DNA of 54,493 bases from Saprospiraceae bacterium. GTDB lineage: Bacteria; Bacteroidota; Bacteroidia; Chitinophagales; Saprospiraceae. Position 1 is the first letter of the stretch, and the number at the start of each line of letters is the position of its first letter. Under the pieces are notes generated by a model. That model did not search any database and had not been told where the DNA came from. It saw only the letters and a list, made by a program, of their open reading frames with translations. The position numbers were made by a program, and so were the translations under genes. The stretch spans positions 1 through 54,493 of the forward strand of contig DATFJT010000075.1 of assembly GCA_035269065.1 (NCBI GenBank). Direction: 5' to 3'. Shown in pieces: positions 1-10,430 of the stretch.

Positions 1-1
1 T

Positions 2-88
2 TCAAGTGAACGCAATATTGCTTTCCTCGTTCATGAGAAAGATCAAGACCGCAGCATTAATGCCTTGCACAGTGAGTTTTTCAAATAA
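2..88 (+). CDS. aspartate kinase, C-terminal fragment (gene begins upstream of the window)
   Basis: Frame 2 is open from the window edge to TAA at 86-88. The translation SSERNIAFLVHEKDQDRSINALHSEFFK resembles the terminal ACT-domain segment of aspartokinases. Only 28 aa are visible, so the call is weak. Confidence 0.4.
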   Translation, partial: SSERNIAFLVHEKDQDRSINALHSEFFK

Positions 89-93
89 AAAAT

Positions 94-864
94 ATGGGTT
101 TTCGCTTTTCTTTTCCTATTCCAGTATCAATCAAGGACTACACTGAACCCGGACCATACCTGGCTATTTCTGAGCCCTGTTTGTTTGTTCAAGCGGAGGC
201 TCAAGATGAATTTGCCATTGAAAATGCTACGGGGAAACCCCTACCTGAACATCACCATTTAGCCATTTTCAAAATGCTGCGGAAAAGCCTTTCACTGGAT
301 CGTGCTTATAAATTCAAGCTTAGCTGTTCACTTCCAGAGCTGTTAGCAAATGAGGGGGATTTATTTCCCATGGCTGTAATCATGAGTGCCTATCATATTC
401 AACACAAGCGCTTCAATAGACCAATGAGAGAAGAGGTTTTAAACCTGCTTTTTTCAGAAGGGCTTATCACGAACAAGGCCTTTTGTTTGACCTCAAGCAT
501 CGGTGGAATACTATTTTCTTCCCCAGACCTACCCTATGTTCAGCTCAGACTTCCAAAAGGTATTCACGCCTGTCTTGACACCGGAGCAGTACCTTTTCCA
601 ACGCAAGGGGCCACAACCCATCGATTACTGCTTTTACAGAAAGCCTGCTTACTCACTATACCCAACCTGCTTCAAGACGCATTATCCGCTGACCCTAGAA
701 TCATGAATAGTCGTCACCCCGCATACTTAGGGACTTTGCCCACCTCTTCGGGTCATTTACACTTCTTTGAAAACAAAGCAGCACTGGATAGGGTTTTAGA
801 AGCGGAGGGCATGCATCAGGCCCATCAGGTAGCTTTAAACCTGAATGGCTTTGAGAAAAGTTAA
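94..864 (+). CDS. hypothetical protein (256 aa), no motif recognised
   Basis: This is the longest ORF in the interval, it starts 6 nt after the previous stop, and no competing ORF is present. I recognise no catalytic or binding motif. Confidence 0.5.
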   Translation: MGFRFSFPIPVSIKDYTEPGPYLAISEPCLFVQAEAQDEFAIENATGKPLPEHHHLAIFKMLRKSLSLDRAYKFKLSCSLPELLANEGDLFPMAVIMSAYHIQHKRFNRPMREEVLNLLFSEGLITNKAFCLTSSIGGILFSSPDLPYVQLRLPKGIHACLDTGAVPFPTQGATTHRLLLLQKACLLTIPNLLQDALSADPRIMNSRHPAYLGTLPTSSGHLHFFENKAALDRVLEAEGMHQAHQVALNLNGFEKS

Positions 865-867
865 GCA

Positions 868-883
868 TGTTCCACGTGGAACA
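868..883. promoter_or_regulatory. parS: parS-like centromere site 1 (TGTTCCACGTGGAACA)
   Basis: Perfect 16-bp palindrome, extended to 18 bp by flanking A/T at 867-884. It differs at one position from the Bacillus-type parS consensus TGTTNCACGTGAAACA. It is intergenic. Confidence 0.7.
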
Positions 884-905
884 TCTGGTCATTTGTTCTA
901 ATATA

Positions 906-921
906 TGTTCCACGTGGAACA
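906..921. promoter_or_regulatory. parS: parS-like centromere site 2 (TGTTCCACGTGGAACA)
   Basis: Second identical 16-bp palindrome, 38 bp centre-to-centre from site 1 in the same intergenic region. Confidence 0.7.
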
Positions 922-990
922 CCGGTGATTAAATACTTTTCATCTGTCTCCAAGTTTTAGTATACTTGTTCTCTTTTGTTGTAACCTGAA

Positions 991-3294
991 ATGTTTTATA
1001 TGAGGCTTATACTCCTGCTCATCATTCTGCCCCTTGTGGTGTATTCACAGAACCCGAATAATAACTACAACTTGTTTAAACAATTGGACGAGCGCTTGCC
1101 AACACCCAATGTTTACAGGAACGCTGCCGGAGCACCCGGTCACCTCTATTGGCAGCAAAAGGTAGACTATGATATAGACCTCAGGCTGGACGATCAGAAC
1201 CAGAAGATTTACGGAGAGGAATGGATTACCTACTACAACAACTCCCCAGATCCGCTAGACTACTTATGGGTTCAACTCGATCAAAATGTTAGGTCTTTTG
1301 ATTCTCAAACAAAGAAGGCTTCGGAAAAACAGGCATCCAATCGAATGTCCTTCAGCGCTCTACACAGAATGCTGAATGACTTTGACGGAGGCTTTAAAAT
1401 AGAGTCCGTTACAGATCAAAATAAGGACGAACTGGAACACACAATCGTCCATACCATGATGCGCATCGATTTAGATGAAGTTCTAAAGCCCGGAGATAGC
1501 TGCAAAATCTATATCAAATGGTGGTACAACATAAATGATCGTATGCAAATTGGTGGGCGGAGTGGATATGAATACTTCCCCGAAGAAGACAATTATCTAT
1601 ATACCATTGCACAATTCTATCCACGCATGTGCAAATACAATGACGTCTACGGTTGGCAAAACAAGCAATTCCTTGGCCGCGGTGAGTTTACTCTGGAATT
1701 CGGTGATTATAATGTCGCCATCACTGTTCCTTCTGATCATGTCGTAGGTGCCACAGGGGTACTTCAAAATAGCAAGGATATACTCAGCAATAAACAACTC
1801 AAGCGCCTAAAAGCTTCCAAGACCTCATTTGAACAACCAGTTCTTATAATCACACAAGATGAAGCAGAAAAAAATGAAAAAGTCAAATCTACCGATGAGA
1901 AGACCTGGATTTTCCACGCTGACAATGTGAGGGACTTCGCTTTTGCCAGTTCCAGAAAATTCATATGGGATGCCATGGCTGTTGAACAAAGCCAAGATAC
2001 TGTTATGGCCATGAGCTTATATCCCAAAGAAGGGAATCCACTCTGGGAACGATACAGTACCAAAGCAGTAGCGCACACACTTAAATGGTATACGCACTAT
2101 ACCTTCGATTACCCATATCCCGTAGCCTACTCCATTCACACTAAACGCATAGGAATGGAATATCCTATGATATGTTTTAATTATGGGAGACCGGAAGAGG
2201 ACGGAACCTATTCCGAACGGATGAAATACGGAATGATTTCCGTTATTATACACGAAGTTGGACACAATTACTTTCCCATGATCGTCAACTCTGATGAGAG
2301 GCAATGGACATGGATGGATGAAGGACTTAATTCCTTCTTACAATATCTTTCAGAACAACAGTGGGAGCGCAATTATCCATCACGCAGAGGTCCAGCATAT
2401 AAAATCGTTCAATACATGAAAGGAGATAAAAACCAAATTACTCCTATCATGACCAATAGTGAGTCCCTCTTCCAGTTCGGAAACAACGCTTATGGTAAAC
2501 CCGCCACAGCCCTGAATATTCTGCGAGAAACCATTCTGGGAAGAGAGCTCTTTGATTTTGCTTTCAAAAAATACTCCAGACGATGGATGTTCAAACACCC
2601 TACCCCCGCTGACTTCTTTCGCACAATGGAGGATGCTTCAGGTATAGATCTGGATTGGTTTTGGAGAAGCTGGTTTTACACAACCGACCATGTCGACATT
2701 GCCATTAACTCTGTGAAAGAATTAAAAATGAATACCGGAAACCCTGATGATTCCCAAAACCAAAACGACGACTCCAGTGAAGATAAATACATTGGCAACA
2801 TCATCAACGCTGATGACATACATCAAACATACGATGAAATAGATCCCACCTTAATAGATTTCTATTCTACTTACAACCCTGAGGCCCCCACCGCAAAGAA
2901 GCGTGAAACCTATCAATCATTTTTGGAATCGCTCGATGAGAATGACAAACAGTTGATTGACAGCACTTTATACCTATATGAATTGGAGTTTGAACGCATC
3001 GGTGGTATACCCATGCCCATTATACTGGGCTTACATTTTATGGATGGCAGTTATCAGAAAGAAACCTTACCAGCTGAAATTTGGCGTTTCAACAGCCCCG
3101 TGGTTCACAAAATACTTGCTTACGACAAGGAGCTCAAATCAGTGGAATTAGATCCCAACCTGGAAACAGCTGATATCGATGTTAGCAACAATAGCTACCC
3201 TCCTCAACAACAAATCACCCGCTTCAAGGTCTACAAACAAAAAGAACGTTCAGGTACAAACCCCATGCAGGAGGCACAAGCTGATGACGATTAA
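991..3294 (+). CDS. secreted M1-family zinc metallopeptidase (aminopeptidase N-like)
   Basis: N-terminal signal peptide (MRLILLLIILPLVVYSQ). Gluzincin motif HEVGH followed 18 residues later by E (WMDEGLNSF). Confidence 0.8.
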   Translation: MFYMRLILLLIILPLVVYSQNPNNNYNLFKQLDERLPTPNVYRNAAGAPGHLYWQQKVDYDIDLRLDDQNQKIYGEEWITYYNNSPDPLDYLWVQLDQNVRSFDSQTKKASEKQASNRMSFSALHRMLNDFDGGFKIESVTDQNKDELEHTIVHTMMRIDLDEVLKPGDSCKIYIKWWYNINDRMQIGGRSGYEYFPEEDNYLYTIAQFYPRMCKYNDVYGWQNKQFLGRGEFTLEFGDYNVAITVPSDHVVGATGVLQNSKDILSNKQLKRLKASKTSFEQPVLIITQDEAEKNEKVKSTDEKTWIFHADNVRDFAFASSRKFIWDAMAVEQSQDTVMAMSLYPKEGNPLWERYSTKAVAHTLKWYTHYTFDYPYPVAYSIHTKRIGMEYPMICFNYGRPEEDGTYSERMKYGMISVIIHEVGHNYFPMIVNSDERQWTWMDEGLNSFLQYLSEQQWERNYPSRRGPAYKIVQYMKGDKNQITPIMTNSESLFQFGNNAYGKPATALNILRETILGRELFDFAFKKYSRRWMFKHPTPADFFRTMEDASGIDLDWFWRSWFYTTDHVDIAINSVKELKMNTGNPDDSQNQNDDSSEDKYIGNIINADDIHQTYDEIDPTLIDFYSTYNPEAPTAKKRETYQSFLESLDENDKQLIDSTLYLYELEFERIGGIPMPIILGLHFMDGSYQKETLPAEIWRFNSPVVHKILAYDKELKSVELDPNLETADIDVSNNSYPPQQQITRFKVYKQKERSGTNPMQEAQADDD

Positions 3295-3319
3295 TTGCAC
3301 TGTTTCAAAGAAATGAAAA

Positions 3320-4081
3320 CTATTGGACAGAATTGTAAAACTTCTCCAGGTGCTCATTAAATAAGGACGGATGCTCCATCATAGGCGCATGTCCACATTT
3401 ATCCACCAGCACCAACTGGCTGTTGGGCAGTAACTCATGAAACTTCTCCCCTACAAAAGGTGGTGTTATAGTATCATCCTTTCCCCAAACAAGCAAAGCC
3501 GGTATTGTTAGCTCCTTCAGCCTGTTCTCTATATTGTTTCTCAGCGCAGACTTTGCCGCATAAATGATGCGCACTACACGGTTTCTGTCATTCACCGTTT
3601 CAAAAACCTCACGAACTAAATCATCTGTTGCAACAGCAGGGTCATAAAAGGTCTTCTCTACACGATTCTTGACCCATTCATAGTTTTCTCTTTTCGGCCA
3701 GGAGCTTCCCATTGGGTTTTCAAAGAGCCCGGAGCTACCGGTCAAGGTCATGGACTTAACCAATTCTTGCTTTCTCAAGCAATACAATATACACAAGTGC
3801 CCCCCCAGGGAGTTGCCAAGCATATGAAAGTTCTTATAACCTTTGTGCTCCACAAAATCCTCTACAAAATTAGTCAGCCCTTTAAGCCCTACTTTTCTCA
3901 ATGGTAATTCAAATATGGGCAAGGCAGGAACTACAACATTATAACGAGGAGAAAAGTGGTCAATAATCCCGTCGAAATTACTCAAGCCGCCCATTAACCC
4001 GTGCAAAAGCACAATAGTCTCTTCTGATTCGGGATTGCTCTCAATGTATTTGTAACCGTTCTCCTCCGTAAATTTTGTCAT
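3320..4081 (-). CDS. alpha/beta-fold hydrolase
   Basis: HGLMGG oxyanion region and GNSLGG nucleophile elbow, with a C-terminal CGHAPMMEHP His motif. Start trimmed to the ATG at 4081 (MTKFTEE). The longer ORF to 4180 would overlap the secA 3' end. Confidence 0.8.
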   Translation of the reverse strand: MTKFTEENGYKYIESNPESEETIVLLHGLMGGLSNFDGIIDHFSPRYNVVVPALPIFELPLRKVGLKGLTNFVEDFVEHKGYKNFHMLGNSLGGHLCILYCLRKQELVKSMTLTGSSGLFENPMGSSWPKRENYEWVKNRVEKTFYDPAVATDDLVREVFETVNDRNRVVRIIYAAKSALRNNIENRLKELTIPALLVWGKDDTITPPFVGEKFHELLPNSQLVLVDKCGHAPMMEHPSLFNEHLEKFYNSVQ

Positions 4082-4118
4082 CCCTAATTGGTATAAGTAA
4101 GAAATAAATATAACAGCT

Positions 4119-7100
4119 TTAACCCGCTTTTCCGTGGCATTTTTTATACTTCTTGCCACTTCCGCAAGGACAAGGATCATTCCTGCCTACTTTCTCGCCC
4201 TCTCGGACAAAAGTCTCTGGCTTCTTAGCTCCCCCTCCACCAGCTGAGGCCGCTGCTTTTTGCATAGCCCGGTTTTCTTCCTCTCTCTTATTGGTACTCA
4301 TTTTACTGGTGTCCGTTTTCTGCTCACGCGCTTCCCGAATATTGGGTTCTTCCATGTCTAGCGCCAGGTATCCACCCAATAAGAAGGAGGTTACCTCACT
4401 GTTTATTTTATAAATTAAAGCCTCAAAAAGATTGTAGGCTTCCATCTTATATATAACCAAAGGATCCTTTTGTTCAAACGAAGCAGACTGCACCGAGTCC
4501 TTCAACTCGTCCATACTTCGGAGATGCTCTTTCCAATTATCATCTATCAAGGCTAAGGTCACCGCCTTTTCTATGTCCCTTGTAATTGTTTCTCCTTTGC
4601 TATCCACAGCTGCCTTCAGGTCAGCCGATATATTGATACTTTTTGATGATCCATCTGTAAATGGAATGGCAATTCTCTTATACTTGTGGCCCTCTTTCTC
4701 ATACACACGCTTAATCACGGGTAAAAGAACACGCACCATTCGCTCTCCTTTCTGTTTGTATTCGGCCATGACTTTCTCCATGACCACATCTGCCAACTTA
4801 TTGGCGTCATACTTGAGAAAGATACGCTCATCTACTTCATGGTTCACCCCTAATCTCAACATCTCACTTTGGAAAGACTCATAATCATCGTCTGCCTTGG
4901 TTTCGAAAACGATACCGTCCATTCTACCCTGAAACATCTGATATAAATCTACACTCAAACGCTCTCCACTTAAAGCATTCTTTCTCTTCTTATAAATGGC
5001 ATCACGCTGAATATTCATGATGTCATCATACTCCAGCAAACGCTTCCTGATTCCAAAATTGTTTTCTTCAACCTTCTTCTGCGCACGCTCAATAGATTTA
5101 GAAACCATGCTGTGCTGTATAACCTCCCCTTCCTTGTGCCCCATTCTATCCATGAGTTTCGCGATGCGTTCAGAATTGAATAAACGCATGAGACTATCTT
5201 CTAAAGAAACAAAGAACTGCGAGCTACCGGGGTCTCCCTGACGACCACTACGGCCTCTCAATTGTCTGTCCACCCGGCGGCTGTCATGACGCTCCGTACC
5301 TATGATGGCCAATCCACCATTCTCTTTCACCTCATCATTAATTTTAATATCCGTACCCCGACCCGCCATGTTGGTAGCAATGGTAACATTTCCAGCTTTT
5401 CCTGCCTCTGCTACTACCTGAGCCTCTCGCTGATGTTGCTTTGCATTCAACACATTGTGTTTCACTTTTCTCAAATTCAACATCCGACTTAGCTTTTCAG
5501 ATACTTCCACGGAGGTAGTTCCCACAAGAATAGGCCTTCCCTGCTCGCTTAATTCCTGAATGTGGTCGATCACTGCATTGAACTTTTCGCGCTGTGTTTT
5601 AAATACCAAATCCTCTTCATCTTTTCTGACGATCGGTTTATTGGTAGGAATGACCACAACGTCCAGTTCATATATTTCCCAGAACTCACCCGCTTCGGTC
5701 TCTGCCGTACCCGTCATACCACAAAGTTTGTGGTACATCCTGAAATAGTTCTGCAGGGTCACCGTCGCATAAGTCTGAGTGATGTCCCCGACTTTTACTT
5801 TTTCCTTAGCCTCCAGTGCCTGGTGCAATCCGTCACTATAGCGACGACCTTCCATCACACGCCCTGTTTGTTCATCTACAATTTTTACCTGGCCGTCAAT
5901 GACGACATATTCTTGATCTTTTTCAAAAAGGGTATAAGCCTTTAACAATTGATTCGTTGAGTGTATTCGCTTGGATTTAACACTATAATCCTGAACCAAA
6001 CGATCCTTTTTCTCATCTTTCTCCTCATCAGAAAGACTATCATCATCCTCAATCTGCATAGTTTCCAGTGCAATATCCGGCATAATGAAGAAGTTGCTGT
6101 CCTCATTGCCCCGGGCCAAAAACTCTGCACCATTCTCTGTCAATTCAACTGACCTGTTCTTCTCATCAATGATGAAAAACAATTCATCATCTACCAGGTG
6201 CATGTTTTTACTTTGTTCCTGCATGTAGAAATTCTCCGCCTTCTGCAGCAATACTTTGATGCCCTCCTCACTCAAAAACTTGATAAGAGGACGACTTTTC
6301 GGCAAGGCATGAAAAGCTCTTAAAAGAGCCATACCTCCCTCACCTTCATTATAACCTGTAGAGCCCTCTGCAATCAATTTCTTTGCTTCAGCCAAAAATT
6401 TTGTCGCCAGTTTCCTTTGTTCTGATACCAGTCCCTCAATTTTGGGTCGCAAGGCTTCGTATTCCTGAATTTCACTTCCCTGTGCTACTGGACCAGATAT
6501 AATCAATGGTGTCCTCGCATCGTCAATCAAAACGGAGTCTACTTCATCAATCATGGTATAATGCAATGGTCGTTGCACCTTTTCCGCTGTTGACAGCACC
6601 ATATTGTCTCTCAGATAATCAAAGCCAAACTCATTATTGGTTCCATACGTGATATCCGCACTATAAGCCTGACGCCTCTGCGGAGAATGCGGTCTGTACT
6701 TGTCAATACAATCTACCGTTAACAAGAGGAACTCCATGATCGGACCTATCCACTCTGCATCCCTTCTAGCCAGATAATCGTTAACCGTGATCACATGTAC
6801 TCCCTCTTCCGCCAGAGCATTTAAATACGCTGGCAAGGTGGCAACCAAGGTTTTACCCTCACCCGTCGCCATCTCCGCAATTTTACCTTCATGCAGCACC
6901 ATACCCCCTATCAGCTGCACATCATAATGCACCATTTTCCAATCCACTTCTCCTCCAGCTGCTGTCCACTTTGTCTTCCAGGTGGCTTTATCACCGTCTA
7001 TGAGAATATAGTCTTTAGAAGCCGCCAGATTCCGGTCATGCTCCAATGCCTTCACGGAAATACTATCATTTTCAGTAAATCTACGTGCCGTCTCTTTCAC

Positions 7101-7448
7101 CACTGCAAATGCTTCCGGGAGAATCTTCATTAATACATCTTCGAGCGCTTCATTCCGGTTTAGAACCACTTCATCAATCTCTTTAAATAAAGCTTCTTTC
7201 TCTGGAATATGCTCCGTTTGCTCTGCCTCCTTCTGCAGTCGGTCCATTTCTTCTCGATACTCCTTCAGTTCTTCCTGTATGAATTCTTTGAAGGAGCGTG
7301 TTTTATCTCTCAAATCTTCATGACTGAGGGACTTCAGTTTTTCGAACTGCTCATTACATTCTTCCACAAGTGGAGTGTAATATTTTATATCTTTTTCCTG
7401 TTTGGTGCCAAAAAGCTGACCAACGGATTTGGAAAGGAATTTTAACAT
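4119..7448 (-). CDS. secA: preprotein translocase ATPase SecA
   Basis: 1109 aa. Walker [19 protein letters not shown] box, and the C-terminal zinc-binding tail [14 protein letters not shown] typical of SecA. Confidence 0.97.
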   Translation of the reverse strand: MLKFLSKSVGQLFGTKQEKDIKYYTPLVEECNEQFEKLKSLSHEDLRDKTRSFKEFIQEELKEYREEMDRLQKEAEQTEHIPEKEALFKEIDEVVLNRNEALEDVLMKILPEAFAVVKETARRFTENDSISVKALEHDRNLAASKDYILIDGDKATWKTKWTAAGGEVDWKMVHYDVQLIGGMVLHEGKIAEMATGEGKTLVATLPAYLNALAEEGVHVITVNDYLARRDAEWIGPIMEFLLLTVDCIDKYRPHSPQRRQAYSADITYGTNNEFGFDYLRDNMVLSTAEKVQRPLHYTMIDEVDSVLIDDARTPLIISGPVAQGSEIQEYEALRPKIEGLVSEQRKLATKFLAEAKKLIAEGSTGYNEGEGGMALLRAFHALPKSRPLIKFLSEEGIKVLLQKAENFYMQEQSKNMHLVDDELFFIIDEKNRSVELTENGAEFLARGNEDSNFFIMPDIALETMQIEDDDSLSDEEKDEKKDRLVQDYSVKSKRIHSTNQLLKAYTLFEKDQEYVVIDGQVKIVDEQTGRVMEGRRYSDGLHQALEAKEKVKVGDITQTYATVTLQNYFRMYHKLCGMTGTAETEAGEFWEIYELDVVVIPTNKPIVRKDEEDLVFKTQREKFNAVIDHIQELSEQGRPILVGTTSVEVSEKLSRMLNLRKVKHNVLNAKQHQREAQVVAEAGKAGNVTIATNMAGRGTDIKINDEVKENGGLAIIGTERHDSRRVDRQLRGRSGRQGDPGSSQFFVSLEDSLMRLFNSERIAKLMDRMGHKEGEVIQHSMVSKSIERAQKKVEENNFGIRKRLLEYDDIMNIQRDAIYKKRKNALSGERLSVDLYQMFQGRMDGIVFETKADDDYESFQSEMLRLGVNHEVDERIFLKYDANKLADVVMEKVMAEYKQKGERMVRVLLPVIKRVYEKEGHKYKRIAIPFTDGSSKSINISADLKAAVDSKGETITRDIEKAVTLALIDDNWKEHLRSMDELKDSVQSASFEQKDPLVIYKMEAYNLFEALIYKINSEVTSFLLGGYLALDMEEPNIREAREQKTDTSKMSTNKREEENRAMQKAAASAGGGGAKKPETFVREGEKVGRNDPCPCGSGKKYKKCHGKAG

Positions 7449-7531
7449 GTATGTTTTCTTAGATGTACGTTATATTTCTTATTGAATCATGAAACGTTCC
7501 AATTCAAAAAATATGCATAATTTCTGCCAAT

Positions 7532-8230
7532 ATGTCCAATAATTGCATTTCTACTTCTTCAAGCCTATGCTTTTTCGCTATTCTGTTGATCTGCTCATGC
7601 CAGAATAACGATACGTTTCGTTGGCAAAAATACTACCTCTCACCGAGGCTTTCTAATGAATCCCTCGTTTATCACTACGTGGGTACTATCGATGGTAAAC
7701 CTACTGAACGATTTGTTGTACACAGCAAAGACGGTGATACGCTTCAACATATTTACCTCAATTCTCAGGGACATAAAGATCAAGTCATCCTCGAACAAGT
7801 ATTTCCCGATGGTATTCAGGTCTTGAAGTATACGCTCCTTGATGGCAAAGATTCTACAGATGCCTCCATTCTAGAAAACAACATCTTCAGCTTTGTTCCT
7901 CTTAGCCATAAGCAATACCTCACTACCGAGCTCCAATGGGCGAGCCCCGCAGACTCCTCCCATAATAAAGTAATTAAGCTACGACGTTTCCGAAAGGACA
8001 CCACCATTGAGTTTAATGGTGAAAAGGTCTCTGCCCTCATTTTTGACACCAGCGAAGAAATTACAAATACGAAAGGCAATACCTTTAACTACAATATCAT
8101 AGGCCGTGAAATCTATGCAGAACATATAGGCTTATTCAAAGAATTGAAACATATTGAAAACGCTTATCGTTTGAACTTTGAGCTGAAAAGTATATTATCT
8201 CCAAACGAAGATGAATTCTACAATGAATAA
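7532..8230 (+). CDS. hypothetical lipoprotein
   Basis: Signal peptide with a Cys-containing lipobox-like end (FAILLICSC). No other motif. Overlaps the next gene by 20 nt. Confidence 0.55.
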   Translation: MSNNCISTSSSLCFFAILLICSCQNNDTFRWQKYYLSPRLSNESLVYHYVGTIDGKPTERFVVHSKDGDTLQHIYLNSQGHKDQVILEQVFPDGIQVLKYTLLDGKDSTDASILENNIFSFVPLSHKQYLTTELQWASPADSSHNKVIKLRRFRKDTTIEFNGEKVSALIFDTSEEITNTKGNTFNYNIIGREIYAEHIGLFKELKHIENAYRLNFELKSILSPNEDEFYNE

Positions 8231-9920
8231 AATCAAGTGGCTGGTTGTTTTTTTCTTTTGCTTTTTTATTGGTCTTTCTCCATCCAAAGCCCAAATTGAG
8301 GCCCCAGATCTAACATGCATCTCCGCTGATTCTCTCTTTTTCCAGCAAGTCAATCCATCTTGTGGGTCCGCTACCGGTATAGTAATTTATATCTCCCAGA
8401 CACTAGACGGGCCTTATCAGGTTTTGGACAGCCTTAATGATCTCACAGCTACGAACTATGTTCATGATACTACGGGCACTTTTTTCTATTTCTTGCAATC
8501 TGTTGCAGACTGCCCTGGTGAAATACCCCTCAATTCCGACACCCTGAGCAATCAGTCTATCCAGCCAATTGACATCTTAAGTGCCTCTGTCGAAGGCAAC
8601 GGCATAAGACTTGTTTGGAGTGAGAGCAATAATCCCAATGTTCGCGATTATATTATTTTTCGATCCACCCCTTCCGGTTCTATTAGTATAGATACCATAC
8701 CCGATACGACTTACCTTGACCTGGGAGCCGATATCGATATCATTCAAAACTATCTTGTGCTTGCAAGAGATGTGTGTGGTGAAACCAGTATTTTTCCAGA
8801 GGCCCATAACAGCATTATTATTGACACTCTCCTCTCTCCGTGCCTCGATGCCCAGGCCTTCCGCGTCAACCCTTACAGGGCCTGGCTTGACGATGGCTAT
8901 ATCATTTCCGTCTATGCCGACAACTTAAATGATCCAGATCCGCCGATGCTCCTTGACAGTTTTGACAACAGTCAAGATATCTTGATTAACGGTTTACTGA
9001 ACGGTGTACCTTATTGCACCTATGTTGTGTTGGAAAACCAGGTCAATGGACGTATGGTAAGATCTTCGGATATTTGTTTTATTCCCAATTACAATCAACT
9101 TGTTGAATTCTTAGAAATTAAGCGTCTAAGTTTTACCCCTGGGCAATCTACCGATTTGTCTGTAGAATGGTCCTGGAATAGCAATGCCTCCATCGAAAAT
9201 GCCGCCATTTATTCAGATCGTGACAGTTTTCCCATTCCTCTTTCGTTTCCCCTGAACCGTATCAACGGTCAGCTTATTCAGGCATTCCCCGGGGCACGCA
9301 TCAATATTTGGACGGTGGATTCCTGCGATAATACACTTAGCAGCTCTTCTCACCTGGCGCCTAACCTAGACCTTTCGCTCGACAGAAGCAATCAACTCCA
9401 GGTAGATCACAACGGACCAGCCCTACCTACGCATATGATTTTTGTTTCCGCTCGTTTACTACTTATAGATAACTTGGGCAATCTGACCGCCATAGACAAC
9501 AATCTCACAGCTAATGGCAGTTTCAATCTTGATGGTAATAACTTCGATGATGACGAGCTATGCTTAATCGTGGAATATCTTTTTCAAGACTCTATTACAA
9601 ATAGAAACTATACCAGTTTTGGCCCTACAGATTGTGTTCAAAAATTTCCCAGCCTCTTTTTTCCCAACGCCTTCTCACCCAATGGCGTGAATTTCGAATT
9701 TAAAGCTCGTACTAAAAGGAGAACGATCAACGGATACTTGCTTCAGGTCTATGACCGGTATGGTCAAAAACTTTTTGAAACAGAAGATGTCTTGGAAGGT
9801 TGGAGTGGCTTAAACGAAAACGGAAGGCCGCTTGCCAGCGGAGTTTACCTGTATCGCGTACAAATCCAGAACGAGGCCTATGACTGGAAAAGCCAGGGAA
9901 CAGTATTTCTACTGAAATAA
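8211..9920 (+). CDS. secreted protein with T9SS type B (gliding-motility-associated) C-terminal sorting domain
   Basis: Signal peptide. The C-terminal ~90 aa (FPNAFSPNGVN..F....GYLLQVYDRYGQKLFE......GWSG......ASGVYLYRVQ) match the CHU_C/SprB-type CTD pattern. Confidence 0.75.
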   Translation: MNSTMNKIKWLVVFFFCFFIGLSPSKAQIEAPDLTCISADSLFFQQVNPSCGSATGIVIYISQTLDGPYQVLDSLNDLTATNYVHDTTGTFFYFLQSVADCPGEIPLNSDTLSNQSIQPIDILSASVEGNGIRLVWSESNNPNVRDYIIFRSTPSGSISIDTIPDTTYLDLGADIDIIQNYLVLARDVCGETSIFPEAHNSIIIDTLLSPCLDAQAFRVNPYRAWLDDGYIISVYADNLNDPDPPMLLDSFDNSQDILINGLLNGVPYCTYVVLENQVNGRMVRSSDICFIPNYNQLVEFLEIKRLSFTPGQSTDLSVEWSWNSNASIENAAIYSDRDSFPIPLSFPLNRINGQLIQAFPGARINIWTVDSCDNTLSSSSHLAPNLDLSLDRSNQLQVDHNGPALPTHMIFVSARLLLIDNLGNLTAIDNNLTANGSFNLDGNNFDDDELCLIVEYLFQDSITNRNYTSFGPTDCVQKFPSLFFPNAFSPNGVNFEFKARTKRRTINGYLLQVYDRYGQKLFETEDVLEGWSGLNENGRPLASGVYLYRVQIQNEAYDWKSQGTVFLLK

Positions 9921-10430
9921 GAGTGTCCTCATAAGAATAACCAGACCTGCTATTAAAAGCATACTCAGCAATATGTATGTATTTCGATTATGCAAAAAGT
10001 AAAATATGTCCATTGTACGTCTGCGAAACATCCGTGTGCGGAGAAAAGATATCTCGGTGTGGTTATAATTCAGCTTTTCCAATTGATTGCATATTTTTCT
10101 TGCTTTATCATATTCCTTTACCTGAGCATGAGCAGCAGCTTTTTTGTATAATATTGCGCTGTACTCGTACTTGGCTCCTTCCTCCCAATCCGGGTTGCTG
10201 AGTAAATACCCTAATGTCTCATCAACATGATTCAGAAACTTATAATATTGACCTTGTTCAAACAAGGAAATGACATAACGCCATTGATAGTGTGAGTCCG
10301 CGAAGAAATGTTTCCCTAAGCTCGCTACACTGTCTTCGTACTGCATAATATAATTATAATACTCCCGAACAGGTAAACTGTCTAGGTGTTTAAGCAGCCT
10401 TACAAGATCTGTGTGGTAATTATTACTCAT
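9909..10430 (-). CDS. hypothetical tail-anchored membrane protein
   Basis: 173 aa, helical/TPR-like body and a single C-terminal TM helix (ILLSMLLIAGLVILM). Its start overlaps the upstream gene stop by 4 nt. Confidence 0.55.
   Translation of the reverse strand: MSNNYHTDLVRLLKHLDSLPVREYYNYIMQYEDSVASLGKHFFADSHYQWRYVISLFEQGQYYKFLNHVDETLGYLLSNPDWEEGAKYEYSAILYKKAAAHAQVKEYDKARKICNQLEKLNYNHTEISFLRTRMFRRRTMDIFYFLHNRNTYILLSMLLIAGLVILMRTLLFQ

Noticed and set aside
701-922. 73-aa minus-strand ORF beginning MFHVEH...
   Set aside because: Its start and an internal segment (CSTWNM) are simply the translation of the two parS palindromes. It overlaps the 3' end of the 94-864 ORF on the opposite strand, so it is an artefact.
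3320-4180. N-terminal extensions in the ORF track (for example 3320-4180, 20162, 32589, 41298, 46626, 48459, 49114)
   Set aside because: The extended starts are mostly TTG or GTG, or they overlap neighbouring genes. Internal ATGs align with the conserved N termini of the families, so trimmed coordinates are reported.
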